From the NCBI GenBank assembly GCA_963717525.1, contig OY970343.1, positions 1,856,001 through 1,920,000 on the forward strand: a stretch of 64,000 bases of DNA, read 5' to 3'. The notes under the pieces were generated by a model. The model worked only from the letters and a program-made list of their open reading frames with translations, made no database searches and was not told the DNA's origin. Source of the DNA: an uncultured Methanoregulaceae archaeon. GTDB taxonomy: Archaea > Halobacteriota > Methanomicrobia > Methanomicrobiales > Methanospirillaceae. The position numbers were made by a program, and so were the translations under genes. Shown here piece after piece: positions 1 through 10,913 of this stretch. Numbering within the stretch: the stretch's first letter is position 1; each line of letters begins with the position of its first letter.

Positions 1-71
1 ATTACTTTCACAGCGCACGGTACCTGCTATATACCAGATATGGAATCCGATGTACCCTTGGAGATGTAAGA

Positions 72-1319
72 ATGGATTATTCCGAAGCTACTGAGAGAAT
101 CTCCCGAAAGTTCAAAAAAAGCGGAAACGAGATCGACCGTCAGAAGGTTGAGGGTAAGCTGCGCCGGCTCATCGAGGAGTTCGGCGTCCAGCCTTCCGAG
201 GCGGAACGCAGCGTCTCAAACGAACTGGCAAAAGAATTCAACATCCAGCCCGCAGGCCCTCAGGGGTCGCCCGGAGCGGGCGGCGCAACCGGGGAAAAAG
301 TGATCGCAGAGGCCCGTCCCGGGGACTGGGTGACACTTGTTGGGAAAGTAGTCTCCCTTGCCACGCCCGCTTCGCCGGCGATTGCCCAGAGCGGGATTCT
401 GGCCGACGAATCGGGCGCGATCCGGTTTGTGGTCTGGACCAAGTCCAATGCGCCGAAAATGATGGATGGCGCATGGTACCGGATCGAATCGGCCGTGGTC
501 GATGAATACAAGAACGTCCCCAACCTGAAAGTGCACTCGGGGACCACGATCACGGAGATCGACAAGACCGATCCGTTGATCCCGGCACCGTCACCGGTCA
601 AGGATCTCCGGCCCGGGATCGGGAGCGTCCGTGCAAAGGTGATCCAGGAATGGGACGCCACGCACGACCGGATGCTCCAGTCAGGCCTCCTAGGCGACGA
701 GACCGGCACGGTCAAATTCGTGATCTGGAAGGAGCAGGGAAAAGAGAAGCTCGTCGTGGGCTCGGTCTACTCAATTTTCTATGCGCAGGTGGACGAGTTC
801 AACGAACGGCTCTCGCTCAACATCACGGGCGCAACGATTATGCAGGAAGAGGGTGACATCGCAACCGCAACCGGCGGTGATGCGGAGATCCGTGGCGCCA
901 TCGTGCATGTCGCGCCCGGATCAGGGATCATCAAGCGCTGCCCGGTCGAAGGCTGCAACCGAGCCCTCTCCCGACAGAACTACTGCCCGATCCACGAGAT
1001 CCAGCCAAAGTTCGTCTACGACTTGCGGATCAAGGGCTGGCTGGACGATGGCGAAAAAACGCACAACCTCCTCCTGAAGCGCGATGTCGTGGAAGCATTG
1101 ACCGGCATCAACCTCGACCAGGCAAAGGAGATCGCGGAGAACAACCCGCTCGGGATGGACGAGGTCTTTTTGCAGATGCGGGAGAAGGTGCTGGGCCGGT
1201 ACGTGACCTGTAAGGGCCGCGAGATCGAGAACCGGCTACTCGTGAACACCTGCGAGCGGATGCACTTTGAGAGCGGGGAACATGCGAAGCTCCTCAACCG
1301 GGCCGGGGGTGTACCATGA
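72..1319 (+). CDS. rpa: Replication protein A (multi-OB-fold ssDNA-binding protein with Zn finger)
   Basis: Repeated OB-fold motifs (QSGILADESGAIRFVVW; QSGLLGDETGTVKFVIW) and a CPVEGCNR...CPIH zinc module. Confidence 0.85.
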   Translation: MDYSEATERISRKFKKSGNEIDRQKVEGKLRRLIEEFGVQPSEAERSVSNELAKEFNIQPAGPQGSPGAGGATGEKVIAEARPGDWVTLVGKVVSLATPASPAIAQSGILADESGAIRFVVWTKSNAPKMMDGAWYRIESAVVDEYKNVPNLKVHSGTTITEIDKTDPLIPAPSPVKDLRPGIGSVRAKVIQEWDATHDRMLQSGLLGDETGTVKFVIWKEQGKEKLVVGSVYSIFYAQVDEFNERLSLNITGATIMQEEGDIATATGGDAEIRGAIVHVAPGSGIIKRCPVEGCNRALSRQNYCPIHEIQPKFVYDLRIKGWLDDGEKTHNLLLKRDVVEALTGINLDQAKEIAENNPLGMDEVFLQMREKVLGRYVTCKGREIENRLLVNTCERMHFESGEHAKLLNRAGGVP

Positions 1320-1915
1320 GCACCGCGGCACCGGAGATGGGCCGGCGCGACGGCAGTTTCGAGCGCGAGCCGGCACGCCGGGTCTTTGCAAGCGAACTCC
1401 GGGAGTGCAGGTACCAGTTCAAGGTCGGCGAAGACGAGAAGAGCCCCACGTTCGTGCTCCTGCCCACCGGAGAGCGTAGCAACCGGATCTTCGTTGCCGG
1501 CACGCTGACCGAGAAGTCCCGGCAGGGCGAGCAAAACATATTCTACCGGGGCCGGGTGATCGACCCGACCGGCACGTTCTTTATCATGGCGGGGAGTTAC
1601 CAGCCCGAAGCGATGCAGCAGTTGGCAAAGATCGAGACGCCTGCGTTTGTTGCGGTGACAGGAAAGCCGAACCTGTACCAGAAGCCGGATGGGTCATACC
1701 TCGTCTCGGTCAGGGTTGAATCGATAACAGTTGTGGACAAGGAGACCCGGGATATCTGGGTGCTGGACACCGCAGCCCGAACACTCGACCGGCTCGACGC
1801 GCTCGCCACCGGCACGAGCCCGGATATCGTCAAGGCAAAAGAGCAGTACCCCGCGCTCGACCCGTCAGTGTACCGGAAGATTGTCTACGATGCGCTGGCG
1901 CAGATCAAGATGTAA
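1316..1915 (+). CDS. RPA-associated OB-fold protein
   Basis: REPARRVFASEL...LLPTGERSNRIFVAGTLTE...DPTG motif; ATGA overlap with rpa; T-run follows the stop. Confidence 0.8.
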   Translation: MSTAAPEMGRRDGSFEREPARRVFASELRECRYQFKVGEDEKSPTFVLLPTGERSNRIFVAGTLTEKSRQGEQNIFYRGRVIDPTGTFFIMAGSYQPEAMQQLAKIETPAFVAVTGKPNLYQKPDGSYLVSVRVESITVVDKETRDIWVLDTAARTLDRLDALATGTSPDIVKAKEQYPALDPSVYRKIVYDALAQIKM

Positions 1916-2047
1916 TTTTTTTTTTGAATGGCACCTGAATTGCTTTATGATGGGATAAGAGGTGGATATTACCCTACGCCATACCATTCCCTATCCGATA
2001 AACAATGTCACATAATTGCTGAATTAATGGCTTCTTTTAATCAGGGT

Positions 2048-2333
2048 AATTGCGATTCCTGCCGCCGCCCCCGACGGGGCGCCCCCGCGGCGGCTCACAA
2101 TTGAGAATGCCGGTACACCTCCCTCGCCCAGCGAGGCCCCGACGAGGCGGCCGAGCGACCCCGAAGGGGTGGGAAACTCTCGCATTGGTTCTGTTGCAAT
2201 ACATCCTTCGTCGGCCCACACAATGTACACCGCCCGACCCCCTCCCATGATCCTACCTCTCCATTAACCTATTAACGACGTAAATTATTGGATATTTTGC
2301 CAAAAACTGCAGATATGATGGAGGGGGTCGGGC
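2048..2333. repeat. GC-rich multi-hairpin intergenic element (REP/MITE-like)
   Basis: Nested stems GCCGCCGC/GCGGCGGC, GCCCC-CGAC-GGGGC, CTCGC-CCA-GCGAG and ACCCC-GAA-GGGGT; 14-bp inverted repeat GCCCGACCCCCTCC/GGAGGGGGTCGGGC; lies between convergent genes. Confidence 0.55.
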
Positions 2334-2581
2334 CACTATTTTCAGTCGCGACCCGTGCAAAAGAGAATATATTCAGGAACATTTACGGCAGCACTTTTTA
2401 GGACCGTTTCGGAGTGCGAAATGAAGAGTACACCATCAGACCCCCTCTCCACGTTGAAGGGCTTGCAGGTAAAACCTCAAAAAAATTGAGCCACATCCGC
2501 TGCACAAACGAAAAACCGGGAGGCGTTTCCCTTTAAGGGCGTGTGAAATCGAAAAATTCAGGGAAAATGGTAAAATGTTCA

Positions 2582-3094
2582 TTAGAGATTTGCATTCTGG
2601 TAGACGACTGCCTCGGCGCCATTCGCAAAATTCGCGGTGACGAGGACGTTGTTCGTACCTGAAGAACCGGTGAATGTTCCGCCAGCCCCCGGGTTTGTGC
2701 CCAGTGTCCCGGCCTGAGCCCCGTTGATTAATACCTTAAGTCCGGTGATCTCGCCGGCGTTGCAGGTTGTGGTCATGAGCTCAAGCCGTATGGAAGAGGG
2801 CGGGACTTTGCTTCCGGTTATCCCAATTGTGCATGTCGGTTGTGACGGGAGAGATTCATCCGCACTCATCGGTTGGACGGTAAGTACCGGTGCTACCGGC
2901 GTCACCGGGCCCGGTCCTGCAACCGGGCTCATCAGGACTACCGCGACCACGATAACAACAACGACAATGAGCACGATAATAATAAGGTACGGCGTCAGGG
3001 CACTCTTTTTCTTCAGGACAGCCCGGCAGTTCGGGCAGGAGTTCTGGCCGGGTTCTACAGATGCGCCACAGCGGGGGCAGGTCTTCAACGCCAT
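2582..3094 (-). CDS. Zinc-ribbon membrane-anchored protein
   Basis: N-terminal CPRCG...CPNC, one hydrophobic TM helix, extracellular beta-rich C-terminus. Confidence 0.75.
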   Translation of the reverse strand: MALKTCPRCGASVEPGQNSCPNCRAVLKKKSALTPYLIIIVLIVVVVIVVAVVLMSPVAGPGPVTPVAPVLTVQPMSADESLPSQPTCTIGITGSKVPPSSIRLELMTTTCNAGEITGLKVLINGAQAGTLGTNPGAGGTFTGSSGTNNVLVTANFANGAEAVVYQNANL

Positions 3095-3152
3095 ATACAC
3101 TGGCGTTTGCCGGGATAATTAATAGCAGTATCCATAAAAATGGGAAAAAATG

Positions 3153-3863
3153 TTACATCCCTCCGAGCGCCCGAAGACTCTTCATAACACCATCGAAACT
3201 TTTTACTTCAATAACTGCGGTTGCATGCTCCCGCCGCATGGCAGCCATTACCGGAGGAAAAGCGATGTCCCCTTCTCCCACGGCGCTATGAGAGTCCTGG
3301 TTCCCGTTATTATCATGAAGGTGCATATGGCAAAACGTCGTGTCAAGAAATTCCGGCAGGCACCGGTTGAGGTTCGCATGCCCCACATCGAGGGTGAACC
3401 GGTGACCTTCGATAAGAGCAAGGTCTTCCGGGGTCCGCAGGTTAAAAAAATTCATGTCCCCCATGTTCTCGAACGAGAACGCGACTGACAGATCGCGTGC
3501 GGCACAGGAAAGCTCGTCAAGGGATTTGACAAACTGTCCCGTGGCCTGCTCGCGCTCCTGCTCCCATGCAAAATAGCCCGGGTGGAGGACAACGGCAGCG
3601 CCAATCTCTGCCGCCCGCGCAAAGCAGTCGGTCATCACCTCGACGCTCGCGCTGCGGACGGCCTCGAAAAGGCAGGCGATGTTCATCCCATGGTACGGTG
3701 CATGGAAGATGAAGTCCCCGGAATAGCTCTCGAAGAGTTCCGGGCTGTCCACAAAATGGGGGCCCTCGTCCATTACCTCGATAAGACCGGTGAGGCCGGA
3801 CAGCCGGTCCAGTGCAACCGGGAGCGGCTCGTCAAGGAGGCAATAGGTCGAGATGCCGATCAT
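3153..3863 (-). CDS. Sugar-phosphate isomerase/epimerase (AP endonuclease 2 TIM-barrel) family protein
   Basis: HAP, VVLHPG, FENM, LDVGHA and HLHDN metal-binding motifs. Confidence 0.8.
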   Translation of the reverse strand: MIGISTYCLLDEPLPVALDRLSGLTGLIEVMDEGPHFVDSPELFESYSGDFIFHAPYHGMNIACLFEAVRSASVEVMTDCFARAAEIGAAVVLHPGYFAWEQEREQATGQFVKSLDELSCAARDLSVAFSFENMGDMNFFNLRTPEDLALIEGHRFTLDVGHANLNRCLPEFLDTTFCHMHLHDNNGNQDSHSAVGEGDIAFPPVMAAMRREHATAVIEVKSFDGVMKSLRALGGM

Positions 3864-3961
3864 GATGAGCGGTAGCGCATGACGGGATAAATAGATGTGG
3901 ATTAATGGCCCCCTTTGCGTTCAGGAATCTCCCGCCCGGGGGCAGCAACGACCGGAAGCCG

Positions 3962-5146
3962 TCAGTATACCGGCATCAGGCCGCGATGGGTCCCGGTCAG
4001 GGATCGCCCACCCTGCGGCGTCACGACAAAGGTATTCTCGATGCCGACAAGGCCGACTCCCGTTACTCCCTTTTTCGGCTCGACCGCAAAGACCATCCCT
4101 TCCTGCAGCGGTTCATCGAATCCTTTCGCGATCACCGGGCTCTCGTCAATCCACAGACCGATCCCGTGGCCGAGGAACTTCACTGTGTTCTGCCTGTATC
4201 CCATGAACCCGTCCCTGAACTCCGGGGTAAGGCCGTCCATGACCGTGGTGTAGATTTCCGATGGGATCGCACCCGGTTTCAGGAATGCTTCAACCTCGTC
4301 CTGCACCGCGACGCACTGCTCGTGAACCCGGATCGCCTCTTCCGGGATGGATCTCCCGAACATGTACGACTGCGTCTTGTCAGTATGGTATCCCTCAACA
4401 CCACAACCGATATCGATCACGACAAGATCGCCTTTTTCGAGTTTTCTCTCCCGGCTCCCGGACATGGGGACTGCGGGATTCAGGCCTGATATGCCCCCGG
4501 GTGTGTCAACGCACGTGGGAGAGATTGAACTGGTCCCAAACCCGATCTGGCCAAGGAGCATCTCGTTAAACATCCCAAAACGCATGAGCCCCTGGTGCCC
4601 TTCCCGCACCATGACCGAATAGAGATCGGCTGTAAGCGAGATTTCATCGATCCCTTCACGAAGAAGGTCCGGAGCGAGATCCTCAAGCACATGCCGGTGG
4701 ATCGCCCCGGCCTTTTCCATAAGAGCGAGCTGGTACGGGCTTTTGACCGACCGGACTGCCGCAATGTGTGCGTCAAGCGGAAGCGGCGACGTAAAGGCAA
4801 AATGCTTCTGCATGCGCCCGTACTGGGCGAGCGTAACCGAATCGAGTTCGAGATAAACCGGGCCCGTAATCGGGCCGGTCGCCGCTGCCGCGTCCCGGAA
4901 GCTCTTCATCTGCCGTATATCGGCAAAGAGCGATTCGCACTGCGCCCGCTCGTAACTTTTCCTGACCCAGAAAATGGCATCGCCATCCCGAGGCACAAGG
5001 AGCAGGCCGTCCTGGATGGTGCCGGTGAAGTAGTAGAGGTTCACCTTCTCTGATATGACCGCGACCGACCAGCCTGAGCAGCGGCGATCCATCTCTGCAC
5101 GGAACCGGGCCATCCGGGCGGTGAGCTCTGTTGCGGGAACCTGCAT
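3962..5146 (-). CDS. M24 family (Xaa-Pro) peptidase
   Basis: Creatinase-like N-domain; DIGC..GYHTDKT, GHGIG..IDE, AVEPK and GIENT metal ligands. Confidence 0.88.
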   Translation of the reverse strand: MQVPATELTARMARFRAEMDRRCSGWSVAVISEKVNLYYFTGTIQDGLLLVPRDGDAIFWVRKSYERAQCESLFADIRQMKSFRDAAAATGPITGPVYLELDSVTLAQYGRMQKHFAFTSPLPLDAHIAAVRSVKSPYQLALMEKAGAIHRHVLEDLAPDLLREGIDEISLTADLYSVMVREGHQGLMRFGMFNEMLLGQIGFGTSSISPTCVDTPGGISGLNPAVPMSGSRERKLEKGDLVVIDIGCGVEGYHTDKTQSYMFGRSIPEEAIRVHEQCVAVQDEVEAFLKPGAIPSEIYTTVMDGLTPEFRDGFMGYRQNTVKFLGHGIGLWIDESPVIAKGFDEPLQEGMVFAVEPKKGVTGVGLVGIENTFVVTPQGGRSLTGTHRGLMPVY

Positions 5147-5366
5147 GATCTGTCTAGAAATTGTGCTGGATTGCTATTTATCGGTGCTCTAAAAACAGGG
5201 GATGAGGATCCTGGCCCCGGGACTGCACCCACGTACCGGAAAAATCGGAAATCTTTATTTTTGAGTGATCAAAGGAACATTAAAAAAATTGAAAATCGGG
5301 TTTCGAACAAATTTTGAAATGTTCCTGATTTTTCATCCCGATGATTTGGTGGAGATTTATGCCACC

Positions 5367-5900
5367 CTAACTGGTATGTCTCCAGTTGATATTGGCTATC
5401 CTCACATCATACGTTCCGGTTTCTCCCAGCTGGCACCCGTCAATTATGTGAATACTATAGGAGCTTGTGCCTTGCGGATTGATCGTAACGGTATCATCTC
5501 CGGTAATCAGTTCATCTCCATAATTATCGTACCCGGTGCCAGTGATCTCTACGTAAAGCACATGATTGACATTACTCTTGACAGTCCCGGTAATACTTAA
5601 CAAACCTGTGATCTGACATGTCACCATTTTTGTTGTAATTTCTGCAACCGGCATTTCTGCTGGTGCCGGGATCCCGGCATACGCACTTCCGGCAGGAAAG
5701 ACCTCCGGGGCACTTCCGGCGTTTGAATTGCCCTGCCCGCTAAAGCCTGTCTCGCCAAAAATTATCAAAAATACTATAAGAAGAAATACCCCCACAAGGG
5801 CAATTACAACCAGGTGATGCAGGTTATCCTGTTTTTTTATCGGTTCTGCGGACTGCGAACCCGGGGGACGGTCATACGGCCTCCTTATGAATCCTGGCAA
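5367..5900 (-). CDS. Membrane-anchored hypothetical protein (FxLYD-like C-terminal domain)
   Basis: One TM helix followed by ITGTVKSN...ITGTGYDNYG; start codon uncertain. Confidence 0.6.
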   Translation of the reverse strand: MPGFIRRPYDRPPGSQSAEPIKKQDNLHHLVVIALVGVFLLIVFLIIFGETGFSGQGNSNAGSAPEVFPAGSAYAGIPAPAEMPVAEITTKMVTCQITGLLSITGTVKSNVNHVLYVEITGTGYDNYGDELITGDDTVTINPQGTSSYSIHIIDGCQLGETGTYDVRIANINWRHTS

Positions 5901-6526
5901 TCCGGAGAGGGGATCCAGATGAGTACAGCTCCTGCAGCAAAGATAATGCCTGTGCTATCCCAGGCGTTGATCGTTTTGCCGACGCAGAAACAATGAGAAT
6001 ATTTTTTGGCATAAGAATTCCTGGTGCAAACCGGTAAATATACGCAGATTTTTCCCGACCTCTGCATGAAGATCCGGGAAAGGACGTGGTTGACGTTCTC
6101 GTCTTTTGTGCTTTCTTCGTACGATACTGGCATAGCAGCATTCGCAATACAATGTATAGCGCATTTTACATTTTGTTATTTAAACATTAGCAATCTTTAC
6201 AAATTCAGATTCAATGTGGAGTCCGTACGCGATTTTTCCAGATGTTTCTGCAGGCTCTGGTGCATCGGCTCCTCTTTAAAACCAGATAACTATTGATTAT
6301 GATGGGGCACTCTCGCACACCAGTGTGATGCCAGAATACTACACGCCGGAAGGTGCTTCTCCGGAGGCGGTTTGTCGCATTGTTCTTCTTGTGTCTTGTG
6401 ATAAGGTGCCGATCTGCAGCGGGGCGCCCCTTTTTTGGCGGCGCCATTCTTCCATTGTACGGGGTTGGAAGACAGACCTGTGACGATGGACCGGGTAGGG
6501 AAGCTGAATAAGAAAACAAAGAAACG

Positions 6527-7204
6527 TTATTCCCGGTGCTTGTCCGCTTCCCACCGCTCCAGCACCTCGTTTCCTTCGACAAAGACGAGGTTGTGGCGTT
6601 TAGCGTACTTCTTTGCGTCGGCCTTGGAGAGCGCATAGCCGCTCTCGTCGTCCAGCATCTCGCAGATCGTGACCGAGGGGTTAATGCCCGCCATCTCGGC
6701 CATGGCGATCGAGAGCTCGGTCTGGCCGCGCCGGACATCGAGCAGGCCGTCGGCCGCCCGCAGGAGTGCCATGTGACCGGGCGTCCTGAAGATCTCGTGG
6801 AAGTTTTCCCCACCGCCATTGAGTGCCCGCTTTACCTGTTCTGCGATTGCGTTCACGGTGAGCGTGCGGTCGCGGTCGGTGATGCCGGTGAAGGTGTTTC
6901 GGTGGTTCACCCAGAGCGAAAATGAGGAGTGGTTCTTGCGGTCGTACGGGATGTCCCCCTCGCGCTCGGCCACCGCGGTTGCCCGCAGGGCGTCGCTCGC
7001 GAATGGGAGGCCAAGGCGCTGCGCCGCAACGGGATGCATCGCGGTGCAGATCAGGCCGCCACCGTCCTTGCGCATGCGAACGATGTCCCGCGGAGTCACT
7101 GCATCGGAGCGGATAGCAAAGTCAGTCTCACCCTCGCGGTCGTCGAAATCGTAAAGGAGGATAAACTTCCCGTCCCGCAGCGCGGCAAGGGCATCGTCGA
7201 TCAC
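6527..7204 (-). CDS. ribB: 3,4-dihydroxy-2-butanone-4-phosphate synthase
   Basis: DDREGETD, GGLICTA, TGITDRDR, FRTPGH, RRGQTE and ICEML motifs. Confidence 0.95.
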   Translation of the reverse strand: MIDDALAALRDGKFILLYDFDDREGETDFAIRSDAVTPRDIVRMRKDGGGLICTAMHPVAAQRLGLPFASDALRATAVAEREGDIPYDRKNHSSFSLWVNHRNTFTGITDRDRTLTVNAIAEQVKRALNGGGENFHEIFRTPGHMALLRAADGLLDVRRGQTELSIAMAEMAGINPSVTICEMLDDESGYALSKADAKKYAKRHNLVFVEGNEVLERWEADKHRE

Positions 7205-7878
7205 GGCCCCACCTCAACGTTGATGCTGTCGTTGTCTTCGACACCGAGCCTGCGGCGGAGGGCAACCGGGGCGATTACTTCGAGGAGGTCATCGGGATAA
7301 TGCGTGCGCCCGGGCACTACGATGCCGCACTTGATTGTCCCAATCCGGCAAGGGATGCAGCGGGCATCGCCGAAGGTCCGGCCGTCTGTGGAGAACCCCT
7401 TGATCCGCGTCCAGTCAAGCGCATCGATCTTTTTACGGATCGCCAGACTCGAGGGAACGAGCCGGATGTTCAGCGTGCCGGGGTAGGGTTCGAACCCGAG
7501 GGCAGCGGTGAACTGCTCTTTGTACGGCCCCAGGCTCATGTAGTACTTGCCCTCACCGATGCCGCTGACCACGGAACCGCTGAGGAGGTAATGGTTTTCG
7601 CCACCTTCCGAAAAGATCCTGCAGTACTCCTGGTACTCCCTTATGAGCACCTCTTCGCCGGCTTTTGTCACGGTCACATGCTGGCCGTCCGCCGCGAGGT
7701 TCCGGGTGATGAGCCCGGCACTCTCGAGGCTTTTGAGCCGGCGCGACGCGGTCTGCTGGCTGATGCCCAACATCTCGCCGATGCTCTGGGTGGAGACAAA
7801 GATGGGACCCCGGCACCCGCCCCTCACTGCAAGGACCTTGAGACACTGGAGATCTTCAGCGGGAATCATAGTTACCAA
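7201..7878 (-). CDS. ribK: CTP-dependent riboflavin kinase with N-terminal wHTH (RbkR-type)
   Basis: HTH SQQTASRRLKSLE fused to GSVVSGIGEGKYY...PYPGTLN...PGRTHY...LEVIAP (DUF120). Confidence 0.92.
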   Translation of the reverse strand: MVTMIPAEDLQCLKVLAVRGGCRGPIFVSTQSIGEMLGISQQTASRRLKSLESAGLITRNLAADGQHVTVTKAGEEVLIREYQEYCRIFSEGGENHYLLSGSVVSGIGEGKYYMSLGPYKEQFTAALGFEPYPGTLNIRLVPSSLAIRKKIDALDWTRIKGFSTDGRTFGDARCIPCRIGTIKCGIVVPGRTHYPDDLLEVIAPVALRRRLGVEDNDSINVEVGP

Positions 7879-7992
7879 ATTTGAGTTGCTTGCTATTTAT
7901 GAGTTGCTTTGTGGACAGGCCCCGCCGTGGTTCGTTCGTTGTCGAATGCACGTTCGTTAATTATTTAACAGGCCGGGTCAACTTAGCTGAGC

Positions 7993-8703
7993 ATGAAATC
8001 CGGATTGCGCAACCAGCTCGCCGAGAAGATGGCGGGAGAGATTACGCTGTCGGACTCACCGGGGCTTGCGCTCAAAAAATGGCGCCAGAACTTCGAGATC
8101 GCGCCGGGCGTCCTCTCGGACCGCCTGGGCGTCTCCCCTTCCGTGATCAGCGATTACGAGAGCGGCAGGAGAAAAAGCCCCGGAACCGCCGTGGTCGGCA
8201 AGATTGTCGACACTATCCTCTCCATCGATGAGGATACCGACGGTAAACACATCCAGAAATTTTCCTCCATGCTCTTTATTGGCGTCGCTGATGACGTGAT
8301 CCTTGACATCCACGAGAACACGAACCCGATCCCACTCGGTGAACTCACCGATGCGATAGGGTGCACGCTGCTCTGCGGGTCGATGGAACAGACCATCTTT
8401 GGCTATACCGTGATCAACAGCCTGAATGCAATCCTCCAGCTTTCCGCTGAGGAGTTCAACCGCATCTACGGCTGGAGCACGGAACGGGCGCTCATCTTTA
8501 CGAGCGTCTCGACCGGAAAATCGCCGATGGTGGCGATCCGGGTCACGCCGTTTAAGCCGCGCTGCGTGATCCTGCAGGGAATCAACGCGGAGAACGTCCA
8601 CCCGTTTGTTGCGAAGATGGCAGAAAGGGACCACATCACGGTGCTCTGCACGGAGATGGAGATTGATAAAATCGTGAGTACACTGAGGGAGAAAGAATGG
8701 TAG
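7993..8703 (+). CDS. XRE-family HTH transcriptional regulator heading the HMGS operon
   Basis: [23 protein letters not shown]-terminal [12 protein letters not shown] motif; overlaps the HMGS start. Confidence 0.8.
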   Translation: MKSGLRNQLAEKMAGEITLSDSPGLALKKWRQNFEIAPGVLSDRLGVSPSVISDYESGRRKSPGTAVVGKIVDTILSIDEDTDGKHIQKFSSMLFIGVADDVILDIHENTNPIPLGELTDAIGCTLLCGSMEQTIFGYTVINSLNAILQLSAEEFNRIYGWSTERALIFTSVSTGKSPMVAIRVTPFKPRCVILQGINAENVHPFVAKMAERDHITVLCTEMEIDKIVSTLREKEW

Positions 8704-9749
8704 GCATCATTACCTACGGTGCATACATACCGAGATACCGGATCAAGGTCGAGGAGATCACCCGCGTCTGGGGCGCAAACGCCTCCGACATCACGGGGGG
8801 ACTGGGCGTTTTTGAGAAGTCCGTTCCCGATCTTGATGAGGACACCGCGACGATCGCCGTCGAAGCAGCACGAAATGCCCTGAAACGCAGGATCGTCGAC
8901 CCCGAAAAGATTGGCGCCGTGTACGTGGGCAGCGAGTCGCACCCCTACGCGGTCAAGCCGACGGCCTGCACGGTTGGGGAAGCCATCGGAGCGACGCCCC
9001 ACATGACCGCAGCAGACTACGAGTTTGCCTGCAAGGCGGGAACCGCCGCGATCCAGACCTGCATGGGTCTGGTGAAAAGCGGGATGATCGCGTACGGTCT
9101 TGCCATCGGCTCCGATGTCTCGCAGGGTGCGCCGGGCGACGCGCTCGAATACACGGCAGCGGCCGGCGGCGCGGCATACGTGATCGGGAATGACGACCCG
9201 ATTGCAGTCATCAACCACACCTGCTCGTTTACCACGGATACGCCGGATTTCTGGCGCCGCGAAGGGCAGGATTACCCCCGCCACGGCGGCCGGTTCACGG
9301 GAGACCCGGGCTATTTCAAGCACGTGAAGGGCGCAAGCGAGCTGCTCTTCGGGCAGATGCACAAGACCGCGAAAGACTACGATTACGCGGTCTTCCACCA
9401 GCCGAATGCAAAGTTCCCGCAGAAGGTGGCAAAGGACCTCGGCTTCACCTCAGAGCAGATCAAGCCGGGCCTCGTTGTCCCGCACCTCGGAAACACCTAC
9501 TCGGGCGCATCGCCCATCGGGCTTGCCGCGACCCTTGATATCGCAAAGCCGGGCAACCGGATCTTTGTCTGCTCGTTCGGGTCCGGTGCTGGCAGCGACG
9601 CGTTCGACATCACGGTGACCGACGCGATCACGTCCGACGCGTTCCACCGCGATGCAGCTCCTTCGGTGCAGCAACTCTTAAAAGACCCCATCTACCTCGA
9701 CTATGCAAAGTACGCAAAACACAAGGGAAAGATCGTGATGCAATCATGA
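8697..9749 (+). CDS. hmgB: Hydroxymethylglutaryl-CoA synthase (archaeal)
   Basis: [19 protein letters not shown] catalytic Cys, FHQPN and GNTYS; operon with thiolase and DUF35. Confidence 0.93.
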   Translation: MVGIITYGAYIPRYRIKVEEITRVWGANASDITGGLGVFEKSVPDLDEDTATIAVEAARNALKRRIVDPEKIGAVYVGSESHPYAVKPTACTVGEAIGATPHMTAADYEFACKAGTAAIQTCMGLVKSGMIAYGLAIGSDVSQGAPGDALEYTAAAGGAAYVIGNDDPIAVINHTCSFTTDTPDFWRREGQDYPRHGGRFTGDPGYFKHVKGASELLFGQMHKTAKDYDYAVFHQPNAKFPQKVAKDLGFTSEQIKPGLVVPHLGNTYSGASPIGLAATLDIAKPGNRIFVCSFGSGAGSDAFDITVTDAITSDAFHRDAAPSVQQLLKDPIYLDYAKYAKHKGKIVMQS

Positions 9750-10912
9750 GAGACGTAGCAGTTATCGGGATCGGGTGCACGAAGTTCGGCGAGAAGTGGG
9801 AGAGCTCGTTCCGTGACATTTTTGTCGAGGCAGGGACGCTTGCTCTCAAGGATGCGCAGCTCTCGGGTGAGAAGATCGATGCGATGTATGTCGGGAACAT
9901 GAGCGCAGGCCGGTTCATCGGGCAGGAGCACATCGGTGCCCTGATTGCCGACTACGCCGGCATGGCGACCCGGCACATCCCCTCGACCCGTGTCGAGGCC
10001 GCGTGCGCATCGGGAGGGCTTGCATTCCGGCAGGCTGTTATCGCGGTCGCAAGCGGGATGGAGGATATCGTGGTCGCAGCCGGTGTCGAGAAGATGACCG
10101 ATGTCGGATCGGACGAGAGCACCGACACGCTGACCGGCGCGGCCGACCGCGAGTGGGAGGGCTTCATGGGCGCAACGTTCCCGGGCCTGTACGCGATGAT
10201 CGCAAACGACTACATGCACAAGTACTCGCTGACCCGCGAGCAGCTGGCACAGGTCGCGGTCAAGAACCATTTCAACGGAGCACGGAATCCCATCGCTCAG
10301 TTCCAGAGCGAGATTACGCTTGATACCGTGATGAAATCAACGATGGTCGCAGAGCCGCTCCGGCTCTTTGACTGCTCACCGGTGACTGACGGGGCAGCCG
10401 CGGTGATCGTGGCGCCGCTTGACCGGGCCCGCGAATTCACGGATACGCCGATCAAGGTGCTCGCGAGTGCGCAGGCAAGCGACACGATCGCGCTGCACGA
10501 CCGGCGCGACATCTCGACGCTCGACGCAACGATCGCCGCAGGGCAACGCGCCTTCAAGATGGCACACCTTTCGCATAAGGACATCAACATGGTCGAGGTA
10601 CACGACTGCTTCTCGATTGCGGAGATCTGCGCCATCGAGGATCTCGGCTTCTGCAAGAAGGGTACGGCCGGCAAGTTTACCGCTGACGGCGAGACGGCCC
10701 TTGGCGGGAAGATCCCGGTCAACACGAGCGGCGGGCTCAAAGCCTGCGGTCACCCGGTCGGAGCGACCGGCATCAAGCAGGTCTACGAGATCGTGCAGCA
10801 GCTTCGCGGCGAGGCAGGTAGGCGCCAGATCGAAGGCGCGAAGATCGGCATGACGCACAACGTGGGCGGGACCGGCGCGACAGTAGCGGTCCACATCCTC
10901 GGGAGGGTGTAA
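9746..10912 (+). CDS. Acetoacetyl-CoA thiolase
   Basis: [32 protein letters not shown] and HNVGG motifs. Confidence 0.93.
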   Translation: MRDVAVIGIGCTKFGEKWESSFRDIFVEAGTLALKDAQLSGEKIDAMYVGNMSAGRFIGQEHIGALIADYAGMATRHIPSTRVEAACASGGLAFRQAVIAVASGMEDIVVAAGVEKMTDVGSDESTDTLTGAADREWEGFMGATFPGLYAMIANDYMHKYSLTREQLAQVAVKNHFNGARNPIAQFQSEITLDTVMKSTMVAEPLRLFDCSPVTDGAAAVIVAPLDRAREFTDTPIKVLASAQASDTIALHDRRDISTLDATIAAGQRAFKMAHLSHKDINMVEVHDCFSIAEICAIEDLGFCKKGTAGKFTADGETALGGKIPVNTSGGLKACGHPVGATGIKQVYEIVQQLRGEAGRRQIEGAKIGMTHNVGGTGATVAVHILGRV

Positions 10913-10913
10913 G

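Noticed and set aside
5872..6520. Short ORFs between the FxLYD-like gene and ribB
   Set aside because: Overlapping frames with no motif, RBS or convincing composition; cannot pick a real gene.
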